Positions 11,881-24,480 of a stretch of 64,000 nt of DNA are shown in pieces. Under the pieces are notes generated by a model. That model ran no database searches and was not told the origin of the DNA. It saw only the letters and a program-made list of their open reading frames with translations. Source of the DNA: Geosiphon pyriformis uo1 (Eukaryota; Fungi; Glomeromycota); the NCBI GenBank assembly GCA_016748015.1, contig JAAOMT010000495.1, positions 1 through 64,000 on the forward strand, in the 5' to 3' direction. Numbering within the stretch: the first letter of the stretch is position 1; every line of letters begins with the position of its first letter. Position numbers and translations under genes: made by a program.

Positions 11881-12818
11881 ATGTCTAGCCAAAATTACAT
11901 TAACTGCCTCCACTGCTTAATTAAGCAAATCAGCCAAAAAATCGTCCGATCAAAGTGATTGCTGACTGGGATGAGGTTTTGTTTCCCTTCCGTCCGAGGT
12001 GTAACTATAAATTTGGTGGATTGACTATTTCTTTTGAGAAATTTTTGAGAAAGAGCCAAGATAACTAGCTCTAGTTTAGATGGTAACGTAATGACTGCTT
12101 ACGAAGGATCAAATAAGAAACTAATATTTTCTGATGCTACTGACGAAGAAAAACAAGCTGCTCTAACTTACTCCAAATTACAAAGTGAAAGAAGAAAGCA
12201 TCCAGAAAAAGAGACCCTAGGTGTTGAGAGCTTACTGAAGCAGCTTCTGGACCTGACACTCCTTTTCTTTCTCCAGCTAAAGAAATTCTGCTAGCTTTAC
12301 AACAAGGCTTAATCAGTGAGTTATTGGTTCTAAGCACCACTCTTACTAACTGGGATGAAAGAAAAAAAACTTGATCTGGTGAAAAGCCAGCAGTAGTGAA
12401 AGCCAAAGAAAGCAGATTTGCTAAAAGCTTTGCTAGCTTCCCACAGTGCATGATTGATATTATATACGTTAAAAAGATTGGTAACGAAAACAAACCCCAT
12501 CGTTGAGAATGAATAAGAGATAATCATCCTGATTTTGATTGATTTATTTATTGATGATAACCATGCTTTAATTACTTCTACCCGTGACCATTTAGGACCC
12601 GGTAAGTATTATGCCATGCCGGATTACAAGTGCGTCGGCATATTCAAAACCTCAGTAAGTGATCTTAAGGATGAAGATTTTGTCAGAGTATAAACAAAAG
12701 ATTAATTTGAAAGATGGAAAAAATAATGAGCAGTTATGCTTTTGGCTTAATTACCCCAATTATTTTATACGGAGGATATTGGATCATTAAAAAATCACAT
12801 GAAAAACGGAAAAAGTAA
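11881..12818 (+). pseudogene. Bacterial-style HAD-fold-like gene with C-terminal TM anchor, TGA=Trp, frameshifted; probable Mollicutes-related endobacterium origin
   Basis: ATG lies 10 nt after the transposase stop. Reconstructed: MSSQNYINCLHCLIKQISQK/NRPIKVIADWDEVLFP...F*ERAKIT...TPFLSPAKEILLALQQGLISELLVLST...PHR*E*IRDNHPDFD/LFIDDN...YAMPDYKC..KTSVSDLKDEDF...YAFGLITPIILYGGYWIIKKSHEKRKK*. HAD motif I (DxD) and motif IV (hhIDD) are present. In-frame TGA at 12046, 12225, 12372, 12504 and 12510. Confidence 0.7.
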
Positions 12819-12844
12819 ACTTCATGCTTCGAATGATGTCACAA

Positions 12845-12878
12845 GTTCACTTTGTCTGGTTTTGTTGCAGCACGCCCC
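12845..12878 (-). repeat. Right terminal inverted repeat
   Basis: GTTCACTTTGTCTGGTTTTGTTGCAGCACGCCCC followed by AAAT. Confidence 0.92.
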
Positions 12879-13047
12879 AAATTTAAACAATTAGCTTGAA
12901 TTAAAATATCTGATTGTGGAAGAGTGATTATAATATATGATAAACATCAAAATCAGTTGTGACAAATAAAATTGGCCTTTGTTAAAATATATTTTTCTCA
13001 ATATATATGATACCATATACAGGGTATTTGATAAAAGATACTCCTCT

Positions 13048-13118
13048 TGCGTATGCTGGGAATCGAACCCAGGTCTACCGCGTGGCAGGCGGTAATTATA
13101 CCACTAAACCACATACGC
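13048..13118 (-). tRNA. tRNA-Gly (GCC), intronless, no encoded CCA
   Basis: Minus strand GCGTATGTGGTTTAGTGGTATAATTACCGCCTGCCACGCGGTAGACCTGGGTTCGATTCCCAGCATACGCA. Acceptor stem GCGTATG/CATACGC, anticodon stem ACCGC/GCGGT with GCC, T-loop TTCGATT, short TTTT tract downstream. Confidence 0.97.
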
Positions 13119-14241
13119 CTCGAACTATTAATTAACTTTTTCAATTCTTTACCTATATTTTTAATAGTTTATATAGATCACCAGTTATGATTGGCTCGCG
13201 TTATCGTATCAAATTTAAATATACCGGTTGAGCTTCATGATATTCAACGATCAAAACTTTTTCATCCTCAAACAATAGTAACTTTCCACGTTTGCAATTT
13301 GAAGCATCTATGTTTTTTTTGCCAATGATCCAAATAATTATGAGGATTTGGTCTTATGTGAGAAAATCAAAACTAGATGCCGCAATAATGTTTCTGTGAA
13401 TATTTTCTCAAAAGATCATCGTTGATTTTCAATCCATTTTCCCCCCGCAAATAATGTTGCTTTCTTTACGATGACATCTTTTATTTTTTTTCAAGTCTAT
13501 TTCTGGTTTTTAATGCCCAAGATATTCTTATTAAAAAATCATTTTTTATCTTTGATCACCAATCAATACTTAATTTTCGTTGTAAGCTTTTCCGTATTTC
13601 AGCATTTCGCTCCGAACCCCACACTGTTTATATTTCAAAAAGGTGGAGTTTTTTGAATATTTGTTGTCGTCAATTCTCTAATAACTTGTTTACAATCTTA
13701 TCTTTGATTTGATTATATATTTTTAGAGTTTCTCACGCGTCTTCCAGATCGTTGAAAACACTTAAAGTTAAAAAATCATTCCAGCCTGATACTTTGAATT
13801 AAATTTCTTTTATTTGCTTATAAAAAAGTATTCCTCACAACTTTTTCATGTTAAACTTAGCACCCATTCCCAGAATTCTCGCATTATTATTAAGTTTACC
13901 CTTAAATATCTTAGATTGTGTTCTCTTCGACGAAACTGATCTTCAATCTTGGACCTTATCACAGAAAACATAACCGAATCTTTAATATTTAATTGTGCGT
14001 TGGGGTTAATGCTGCTCTATCAGAACGGGCTCTTTTGAGAAATGCATCTCGTCTGTAAAGTTGGTTTACAGGATTGTAGCAGGAGTTTCTGGTTCAGAAA
14101 TCGTATGCCCTTGATAAAATAACGGGCTAAAATGAGGGAAAATCTCATATAAAGTGGAAGGGTTCCAACATGCTCAAGCGGGCTCATTACAGTTTAAAAC
14201 TTTTCATATTTCAAACATATATCAAAATAATAACTGCAAAA

Positions 14242-14481
14242 ATGATTCAATATCCAAAATCTCCAATCACTTTTTTTTTGCTATCGATTATTTGCATCTT
14301 GCAGCTGAGCTTGCAACTAGTGCTCGCGATGCCAACTCAAAACTTGGAAGAACAGTTACACCCTGAGAGCATCCTGAAAAGGTCTTCTCATTCGACTGCG
14401 TCATACTCTGGATACAATGATCCTTCTAACTGGGATCTTTCCCTTGAAAGAGGTTGCGGCCGGATTTTACCGTGCTCTTAA
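14242..14481 (+). CDS. Small secreted peptide precursor (79 aa), signal peptide + Kex2 KR site
   Basis: MIQYPKSPITFFLLSIICILQLSLQLVLA|MPTQNLEEQLHPESILKR|SSHSTASYSGYNDPSNWDLSLERGCGRILPCS. AAAATG context, TATAAA at ~14148, locally raised GC. Confidence 0.6.
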   Translation: MIQYPKSPITFFLLSIICILQLSLQLVLAMPTQNLEEQLHPESILKRSSHSTASYSGYNDPSNWDLSLERGCGRILPCS

Positions 14482-17400
14482 CCTTAATCTCCAGAAATTT
14501 CACGAGATAGGGATGAAAAATTTACAGCTCCACCCAAAGTCCAACCAAACCCCCCCCCCCCCCCCACATACACATACATAAAACGAACTTCTGGTTTGAT
14601 ATTAGCCTTGCATTTAGTTCAAAATTTAAGGATAAAATTAGTAAAATTAATAAAATTAATTATAATTTTATTTGGACAATAATTATATAAAATTTTTTTT
14701 ACTTCCATAATGTTTAGTTAGACAAAATCTTTCATATCATTTTTTTTACCTCTTCTATCTATTGCTTGCAAATTTTAATGTTGAAATAAAAGTTCCTCAT
14801 TAGATACAAGGGTCATTCTTTAGACCATCGAATATTTAGCAAGATAAAAACAAAAAAGTCAAGTACGCCTTTGAATCATTGGAAATACCAAATAGGATGT
14901 TTTTCGGGCATTAATTAATATAAATAAAACTAATTTGAAAATTTAGATAAGATTGTACTTCATCAAATGTTTAATACGAAAAAGAGCCAACTAATTGAGA
15001 CTACAAACAAAAAATTATTTATTAAACGAGGTTGAATCAATTTTAAAATAAATATTTAGGTTTGAAAATTTAATTTTGTTTGAAATTTGTGACTTCTTTA
15101 CAAATCTACATGTTTTTGATCTTTTATAAATGATCTACCTTCTCACTACTAAAAAACTTGGTTTTGTATTCCTTTTTGAATTGCCAAGATGATGAAGAAA
15201 TTTGTAAAAGACTACGTATTAGGAAGGTTTTAATGGCAAATTTGCATAAGAGAATTATCTACATATTAAAAGGCTTTCCATTCTTAGCTTTTGTCTTGAA
15301 TTCTCTGGTTTGACCTGGAAAATAAATCTATTTTGAAAAAATAGAAAATTAAGTCATTTGATCCATTTTAAAAAATTTATGTTTCTTATTAAACGGTAAT
15401 AAAAGATAAGATAGTAAACTTTTTTACTGTTAAAATGAACCAAAAAAAACTCCTCGATTTGGTCAACTTTTCTTGTGGCAGAAAAGTAATTTATTTATTC
15501 CAAACTTAGGTGGGAATAAATTATTAATTATGAGCATATTTTCATGAGAAAAGTCAGTATATTGAAGATTGATCAGTCTGATAATAATCAAGTTAATCAA
15601 AGAAATTTACTTCCGTTACCGTACAAATTTGTTTTGAAAATGTGAAGTCATCAATTATCATTTTGAATCGTTTTGAATTAGAATCAATTCGACATGTTTT
15701 TTTCCAAAATTCACGCCAAGCTAAAATCAGGTCATAGATTTATATTTCAATATTTTCGCATGCAATAAACTTTTAGAACTCAATCGCAGCAGTTAGAATT
15801 TAATTTAATTGTTTTGTATTTGAGCTTAAATTTTTTAATTTTCTTATTTTAAATTTCTTTGAATAGAAAATGAAACTATATATAGCCAAAACTTTTTATA
15901 TAGATAGCCATTTATACCAAATATCTGCTGATGACAATGAAATTTCTTGCTCTGAAACCCTTAATATAAAATTCCATTGTTTATATCAATAGTTAATAAA
16001 TCTTCTTATTACCTGTACCAATACTTGTTGGTGGTCCTGACTATAATCAACAGTGTATTTTTAAAACAATATTTTTGTGAAAGAACATGTGAAAATATCA
16101 TAATTTACTGTTTACTCCAATGCTATAAGTTGAAATCTGAAATCTGAAATTAACCTTAATTTCTATTATTAACTTACATTATTATTATTATAATATCATT
16201 ATTTCAAATTATTAAAAGTTTTAAGCTATCAATAAATACTTTTTATGAAAAAAGTAACCATATTTAATAAAAACAAAAATATCTTTTAAAAAACTTTTGT
16301 TAAAATTTATATTCATAATTAAATTTAATATTTAATTGTGTTGACTATATATTTATTTTAGACAATTGCAAATATAAAAAGACTAATTTTAATAAAAATA
16401 ACTAAAAACTTTGATAATAACCCTAAAAGTTAAATTATTAAAAAAACAAACTATCAAAAAATACAATCAAAGAATTTAATAATTAAAAAATATAACAATT
16501 TAGATATAAAAATTACACTTTACAAGTAAAAACTAAATTTATACTCGGAAAAAAAATATTGTACAGAAAAAAGTATATTAAATAAAAATAATATTTTTCA
16601 GCCAGAATTACAAAGAAAAAATATTTTATATTTATTTAATTAAAATTTCAATATTATATTAAATATAATTTAAAAAATATCTAATACAACAAAAAATTAT
16701 ATTATATAGTAAATTATATTAATTAGAATGAATATGTGAATTTTAAGAAAAATTTTATTTTAATATATAAGATTTTTAATAATAATTTGAACTATTAAAA
16801 ACATTGATTACAAAGTTCTTTAATAAAACCAAAAAATTTAGAAATGGCATAACAATTCGATTTAACATGTAGTACTAGAAAAATTTAAAAATAATGACCA
16901 CTTTTTATTCACAAGTTTTGCGCAGATTAAACAAAATTAAAATTCCAGTTGAATATTATTAACAAAAAAAATTGGATAGAAATTCTAATTTGAAATAATT
17001 ATTTTAATCGATTGAATGCTAATATGCATTGTCTATCTTAAAGAATTTCTACTTTCTTGATATTGCTCTAACCCATATTAGCCTTTAATCTTAATTTTTC
17101 TACGTTCATTATCTTTTGTAAAATACAATGGCTTATTTAATTCATTAAAAAACAATTTATAATTGATTTTAAAATATATTTTTTTTATTTTATTAAAACA
17201 TAAAATTTTCTTCATAAATTAAAAAGAGGAATTCTATCAACTTTTCTCGTAAAGCATGGAATATGATAACAAATTTAGCGATTAATTATTGTTGGAAAAT
17301 ACCAGTGTTTTATCTTTGACTATTTTTAATCTTGAAAAAACAGATAATAGTTCATGAGTTATTCAAAACTTAATTGGGACAATTCAATATCAGCTTCAGA

Positions 17401-17629
17401 ATTGATTATTGTTTCTTACCAATAATTGTGTTTTTTGATTAAAAATACTTAGCAATTTTTCATTCTTTAAAATCTGATATACATCAATGTGTTACTACAA
17501 ACTTTATTAGATAGATTATTGTTGATCTTTTTTTTAATTGCATTTATACTAATGAATTATAAGAAAAAAATCATATATTCCAATTTAATTAACTTGAAAT
17601 TAGAGTTTTACCTGTTTTGAACAAAGTTT

Positions 17630-19344
17630 TTAAAAATTCTCTAAAGAATCCAAAGCGGGAATAAATGATTTATTTAATTCTTGATCTTGAGCATTTTTAA
17701 CGCATTTATCCATCATAATTCCAAAATAAGGGCCTTTGTGTTTATCATCACTACTAAAGGTATAGGCAGCTACACAATGCTGAAAAAAAGCGCTATCAAA
17801 ATCACTGAATCAAAACAAAAATTTAGTCCTCATTTTTGAATACCTCGTTTTCAGACCCATCACATTGACAAATCTTATTGTCGGCATCAATTAAATATTC
17901 GGTTGCATGGTGGACATATGGAGGATAATCCGGCCATATTACGAAGGGATCATTTATTCTTGTTGAGCGGAAGATTTTTAACCTTTGAGTTGAAATCAAT
18001 TTATTGACAAAACGAGCAAAGTATTGGTTTCCTATTCGAGGCTGACCATATGTATAGACTGTAGCATTGTAATTAACTCTTTGGTATTTACCCAAGAATG
18101 CAAGACTGGCAAATACTGCATATGCTGTTTTCGGATAGAAGTTCAAATCATTGAAGTTTTGAAGGGATTGTCAATTGGCACAGACATTGGTTTGATTCAA
18201 CTCACCACCACCAAGTCCATGGCCGACAAATTGAAATTCTTTCTTTTCTGTCTTTTTGACAATTTTCTCAAGATCAGCCATAAAAGTGGTTTGAAAACTG
18301 CTCCATTGTCTATATATTTCTTGATGAACAGTTATCATTTTCTCATTTTCAAAAGTTGGATAAGGTGTCTGAGCAGTAAGACCCTCTTTTCTATATGAGT
18401 ACAATTGTTCTTCATTTCCACGAATTGCGACAATTATTGGATAGGATTCTAAATCTTTTATTTTCAAAAGAAAGTTACAACAAGATTCAAATAGACTTTA
18501 TGAAAAATGAAACTTCTTAAGCAAATAAAAAAATTACCCCAATAACGTATACTGATGGACTTATTGTTGCAGTATGGGGTATTTGCAAAAGTTGCATACG
18601 TCTTTAATGATTTAACAATATCAGAATCTTTTTGAAGGTATTTTATTCGAAAAAATTTTTCCTTAAAAAATTGAACGATGTTGAAGTTAAACATTATTGA
18701 ACTTATCAGCTCAGAACTTTCCAAGTTCGAATCTTTAGTTTCCGTAAGAAATTTATTCTTCTCCATAATTTCAGCTTTATCATTCCAAATCTCGGAGGCA
18801 TCTGATGTAAGATCAAGAGGTGTCCGGTTAGTTGCTTGTGGATCTAAAAATGTCGCTTTACCCAATTTGCCATACAAATAAGTTAACATTGTACAAAGGC
18901 AAATGGATTATTTTAATTACCTTCTGGCATAACCTCTATTTTATTATAGGTATACATATTTTCAGTCAAATCTTCAGATGTTGAAGATAGTTGTTTGTCA
19001 CAACGGGAAATGGTTGGAGTTAGCAAAGTATCAAGAGAGGGGTCATCAAGTGTCTCGTTTAAAATACTATTGTCTAGCTTTGACTTAGTCTGAGATGATT
19101 TATCATCAAACGAGTTGTGTTGATCAAAATCAATTGTATTTGTGAACGTTGGGTTAACACAATTGCCATGAAGTGAGTCGGCTAAATCGAAATCGAGATT
19201 TCTTTTTAAAGGGTCCTTTGATAACTTTTGTTCTGATGAGATTGGCTTGGCATTTGTATTGGAAACACGAAAAATAAAAAATAGAGAATTTGGAAAAATG
19301 AACAGAAAATAAACTAGACTCAAAACTTTTGAAAGGTTAAACAT
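17630..19344 (-). CDS. Class-3 lipase-like protein, Ser->Gly (L3), 5 exons
   Basis: MFNLSKVLSLVYFLFIF signal, LKR site, low-complexity propeptide; FANTPYC; IVAIRGN; FVGHGLGG|gt; TYGQPRIGN; NDPF; HHATEY; HKGPYFG. Confidence 0.85.
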
Positions 19345-20419
19345 TTGAATATTAACCAAGATGGAAAGTTTTGTTATGATTAAAATTTAATGAGTTGTAT
19401 AGAAATTCTACTGAAAATTATTGTCGAAAACTATATCCTAATAAAAATAAAACCAGAATACTGAAAATTCGGATAATTCAAGTTCTTCCAATGTCTTAAT
19501 CATCAGAGCTTCTATTTTTTAACAGTTCTAGAATAGGAATGTTTTAGAAAATCTTAAAAATACATAATAGTTCCCGTTAAGCCGAAGATGGATAATCCAA
19601 AAATTTTTATGTCAATCTCTGATCTGAAATAAGATAATCATTGATTTTTTTATTATATTTTATTGATATTTTGAATACTTTAAAAAAATTATTTAATTCA
19701 CCATTTTTAAATTGTGATACTATAACAGAATAACTAAACATTTCAAGTATTAAAAGAAAAATTACATCTATTGCATATATTATACATACATCACAATGCT
19801 TTTACATTTACTCAAAAATTAAACTTTTTCAACTAAAAGAATTTAATCTAATACATTTAAATATTGCATTAGAAAATTAATTTAATAAAAGAGAATTAAT
19901 AATACATGATATTTTAACAACAGAAAAATAGATTTCTTAACAGAATTTAAATTGATATATCATTAATTTTAAAAAGAAAGAATATTAAAATTTTATGCAT
20001 TGAAAAAGAAAGAATATTAAAATAATCTATTAATTTTTTTCAAAGATAACCATCAACATTTGTTTAAATATTAAGAGAAAATACCCTTTATAATAAATTA
20101 ATAAAAGAATATATATCAAAATATTGAAATAAATTTAATAAACATTTAGAATACAGTGAAAGCCATCTGAAATCTATCACTTATGAAAAGATCAATTAAT
20201 CAAATAAATAATAAGGATAATAATAATAACTTCATTACGAAGTTTTAAAATAATTATAGAAAATGAAGATTAAGAGCCGTCTATCTATATAATAAATAGT
20301 AAATTTAAACAATAATATAAGCATAAAATTGGTTTATAATAATTTCTTACCTTCAGGCAAATAGATTAACTCTTTAATGAAGTAAAGTAATTTTCTGATT
20401 TTAAAAACTGTTCCATTTT

Positions 20420-20545
20420 GAGATTCTCAGTATTAGACTTTTTTGTAAACTTCTCATCTTCAGACGCTCGCTTTAACAGCCGATACATCTCGTAAAGTTT
20501 CCAAAACTTCTTTGGCAGTAGATTGATTCTCGGAATTGAATTCTA
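20420..20545 (-). pseudogene. Possible protein-kinase C-terminal remnant
   Basis: Minus-strand EFNSENQSTAKEVLETLRD resembles kinase subdomain XI (..P..RPTA.EVL..L); followed by stops; a GC island in AT-rich DNA. Confidence 0.25.
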
Positions 20546-23500
20546 AGTTTTAAAACAAAATAAAATTATTTATAAGTAAAAAATTATGCCTCGAAAATTT
20601 GAGTTTTCATATAGAAAAAAATGATTGACATAATTTAACATGATTTTATAATTCATTTCAATTTAGAAATAAAGCCTTTATAATTAATGATACTTGGAAT
20701 TAAATTGAAGCTAAAAAAAAACACAATATATTCACAATTTAATCAAAAATTAACAATAACAGACAATTGGATTTACATTTAAAATCCTCATTTTTTAACC
20801 AATTTGCAAAATTAATTTTTTTAAAAAATTCAAAATTTGTTTCTAACTATTCTTAATTCTAAATGCAAGAATAATTTTTGATTCATGAAGGGTAAATTTT
20901 GTTTTCTAACTAAGAGATATGAACAAAAAGTCGGAAATAAGATTTATAAATGGTATTTAATCTATTTCAAAAAAATTTCAAAATTTCAAATAATTATTAT
21001 ATATTACTTTTTATTTTGTAAAATAATTAATATTAATTGTAATTAAGAATTTTTTGAAATATTTTTTATTAATAAATTTAATAAATTAATAATTAGCATA
21101 TAATTAAAATTATGCATTATTGATAGTTTCTTTTAAATAATTTTTTTACGAAAATCAGTTTAAATTATTGTTATAAATAACACTTTTATTTTATAATAAT
21201 TAAACTGACAAAATTTGATCTAAAAACAAAAACAAAAAATACTAAAAATTATTATTGATAAAAGTAAAAGTTTTTTCTGCTGAATTTCTAATAAAATAAA
21301 TATTAATTATGTAATTAAAATAATTAAGTGAAAAATAATTGAATAAAAATAATTAACTAGAAAATAAAATTAATTAATTAAACAGTTTAATTATTTGAAA
21401 AAAAAATTAATTAAATAATTTTTAATTAAAAATGATATTGATAATTCAAAAAAAAATAACTAAGAAAATAATAATCTAAAAAATATTTTTGATTAATTAA
21501 AAAAATAAAAGATTAACAAAAAAAGTATTATTAATTCTGAAAAAACAAGAAAATAATTAAAACATAATTTATATATTTATAATATCTATATGTTTTTAAA
21601 AACCACCTTTTTTTATGTACATTAATAATATATTAAAAGAAAAAATAGTTTTTTTCTAATTCACAAAAAAAAATTATAATACTATTTTTGTTTATTAAAA
21701 CTGATTAACATGTCAAAACAGCTATAATAGCATCAAAAGATTTAAAATATATTATAATATATTGCTAAATACTAACAGATTTTAAAAACATTTTTAAAAC
21801 TTCATTATAAATACTAAAAGCTATTATAAAATTAATTATAAATATATCTAAAAGCATATTATACAAAGCAATAACAGAAACAAAATCAGATATCAAAAAT
21901 TTAACAATTTTAAAAGTAAAAAAAAGACAAAATTAGCAAACTCAGCTTAAAATACAGCATTCAAAAAAGCTTATAAAGCAAACTTTATACAACTTTATAT
22001 TGTTTTTAAACACAAATTTAGTATTAATAAATTTATATATAAACTAAAATACAGTCTTAATAAAAAGTAATTTGATCTTAAAGAAAATATTAAGTATTAA
22101 AATAGTAGATACTTATTCAATAAATTTTTAATAACTAAAAATAAATATCTAAGTATTACTAAAAGCAATATTAAAAAACAAAAAAAAATTAATTAACTTA
22201 GTTTCTATTTGATTAGTCTAATTATTAAGATTAGATAACTTGATAGATTAAATATTTAAAAATATGTTCAAAAACATAATTTATTTTATTTCCAAGACCA
22301 ATAAAAATTAACCAAAAATTGACATATCAAAAAAGATAGTCAAGAGTTAATTTAGACGAAAAATAACCAATTTATTTCTATTGTTATTGCTTAAAACAAA
22401 AAACTTTTTCTTATTTATAGTTATAATAAAACTAAGTATTGTAATTAATATTGATAATACAGAATTAAAAAAAAAGCCAAAAGAAATAGAAAAACTAAAA
22501 ATTTATTTTTCACGAAAAAAAAATGCTTTAAGACACTAAAATTAACAGAAATACCAAAAAAAAATTTTAGTATTTCAAAAAAGTTGGTATTAAACATAAC
22601 AAAGATATAGAAAATTTAATTTTTAACTAGTTTAGTTTTTATGGTTATTTAAGCAGTAGTAAAAAAAAACCAAAAAAAAAACAATTGAGTTATTAACTCT
22701 TTATTAAAAACTCTAAGTCTCTTGAAAAAAACAAAGATTATGTCAGAACTAATTCAATTAGACTTTTTAAAAAACTTTAAAAGAAAACAAATTTCTAGTT
22801 AAAAATAAAAAAGATGCTTTTAAAACATTAAAAAATTATTTAATTATAATTTTATTTAAAAAAAATATCTTTACAAAATACTATTAAGCAATTTTAATAA
22901 TTATTAATATATTATTTAAAAAAACAGTATTATGATTTAAAAATTTAATAAAAATTATAAAAATAATATAAATTATTCAATTATAAAATATTACAGTTAG
23001 AATTTTAAAATAATAATAAAGTATATAGTAATAATTACTAAATACTGTTAATAACTAATACTATTTTATAATTGTAGCAAATATTATATTATAATACCAA
23101 TAAATGCTATTTAGAATATCAAATATAAAATATATAATGTGTTATTTTATAAAACTACAAACATATAATGTTATTATAAAACAAAAACATAAACAATAGA
23201 TAAAATAAAACAGAATATTTATAAATTTATCTATTGAAATTTTGATGTTTTAAATAATATTATTTAAAAAACAAGCAAATTTTTAATTTTACTAAAAACA
23301 ATACAAAATTGTTATAAATTATTAAAATTTCAAAAATAACAGAATCACATTATTTTGTATAATATTCAAATTAATTAAATAATATTTTATTAATTATTAA
23401 AGTTTTTTAAATTGAATTTTTTAAATATAAGCTTATTGATATAATTTATGTCTTATATTAATGGTTTTAGAATTTAATATCAGATATCAATTATATTTTT

Positions 23501-24420
23501 CAGTAAATATTTATTTAATATATTTTACAAAAATTAACAATTATACAAATCAAAAAAAATAATAAAAAAATAAAAAAAAAATAAAAAAGTAGTTTTATTG
23601 TATTAATTTTTGCTTTAAATAAATTTTTGATCTGAATATAAATATATTTTTACAGCTTGAAAAAGTTTTGTTTATATATTTTTAAAAATAAATTAATAAT
23701 TAAGTTATTAATCAAGTCAATATTACATCAATAACTATTTTTAAAAATAAAGTAATTAACTAATAACATTAATAATTAAAACATATAACTAATTATAACT
23801 AAGTAAATAAATAATACTAAAAATTAAAAGTTTTAATTATATTATTATTTTTCCAAAAAAATTGAGCTTCAGCAAAATAAATTTATCTAAAAAAAGTTTT
23901 GAAGTTTTTATTTTAAAGCTAATTGATTGGTTGAAATTTTTAGCTAACAAAATATATAAAAGTTGTAATAATATTAGTTTTGTATTCTAGAGATCAAAAT
24001 TTTATATAAGTATTTTAGTTTTTTTTGTAATAGTTAAAACTTTTAAAACATCTAAATATATAATATTTAAGATTTTTACTTGTATTTCTGAAGTTGTTTT
24101 CTTTAAAAGCTTTATATTTTCAATAACTTTATCAAGTCTTTGATAATATTTTAGTTGTCTTTTATATAAAAATTTCTTATGGATAAGACTTTTTTTATTG
24201 TTTTTTTAAGTATGTAAAAAAGAAAAATGTTTTAACAGTTATGTATTTAAATATATATTTCTCTATTTTATTGTCTTTTTGTGACAGTTTTTTGAAAGTT
24301 AATAACAGAGTTATTCTAATTTTATCTTTATTTATTATTTGTTTTCTAATTGTAAGCAAAACATTTGGGTAATTTTTTGTCCAATATTTGTAAATTGTAA
24401 AAAAGACGTTTTACATATTT

Positions 24421-24480
24421 TGATTGAAAAATATTTTTTAACGTTGATTGAAAATATTTTTTCATGTTGATTAAAAATAT
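24421..24480 (+). repeat. Short degenerate tandem repeat, ~23-25 bp x 2.5
   Basis: TGATTGAAAAATATTTTTTAACGT / TGATTGAAAATATTTTTTCATGT / TGATTAAAAATAT. Confidence 0.6.

Larger units (their letters stand above)
6517..12878 (+). mobile_element. Sola-like DNA transposon carrying cargo genes (composite, probably non-autonomous)
   Basis: Left TIR GGGGCAGACTGCAACAAAACCAGACAAAGTGAAC (6517-6550). Right TIR 12845-12878 reverse-complements to GGGGCGTGCTGCAACAAAACCAGACAAAGTGAAC (31/34 identical). 4-bp TSD AAAT at 6513-6516 and 12879-12882. Internal transposase has Sola-type motifs, and the element is visibly more GC-rich than its flanks. Confidence 0.9.

Noticed and set aside
10435-12512. In-frame TGAs as selenocysteine, or as random nonsense mutations
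   Set aside because: The contexts are Trp-like, not redox Cys sites. There are at least 8 TGAs in these two genes versus 0 of 11 Trp codons in the adjacent kinase gene, so code 4 is more parsimonious. A mitochondrial code-4 source is not formally excluded but fits the gene types poorly.
10165-12844. Bacterial contamination or chimeric contig
   Set aside because: The segment lies inside matching TIRs with a TSD that also enclose a spliced gene, which a mis-join would not produce. Read-level confirmation is still advisable.
14700-16200. Possible decayed gene on the minus strand
   Set aside because: Coding-like composition but many stops and no identifiable family.
24421-24480. CRISPR-like repeat
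   Set aside because: Adjacent degenerate repeats without spacers, eukaryotic context, no cas genes.
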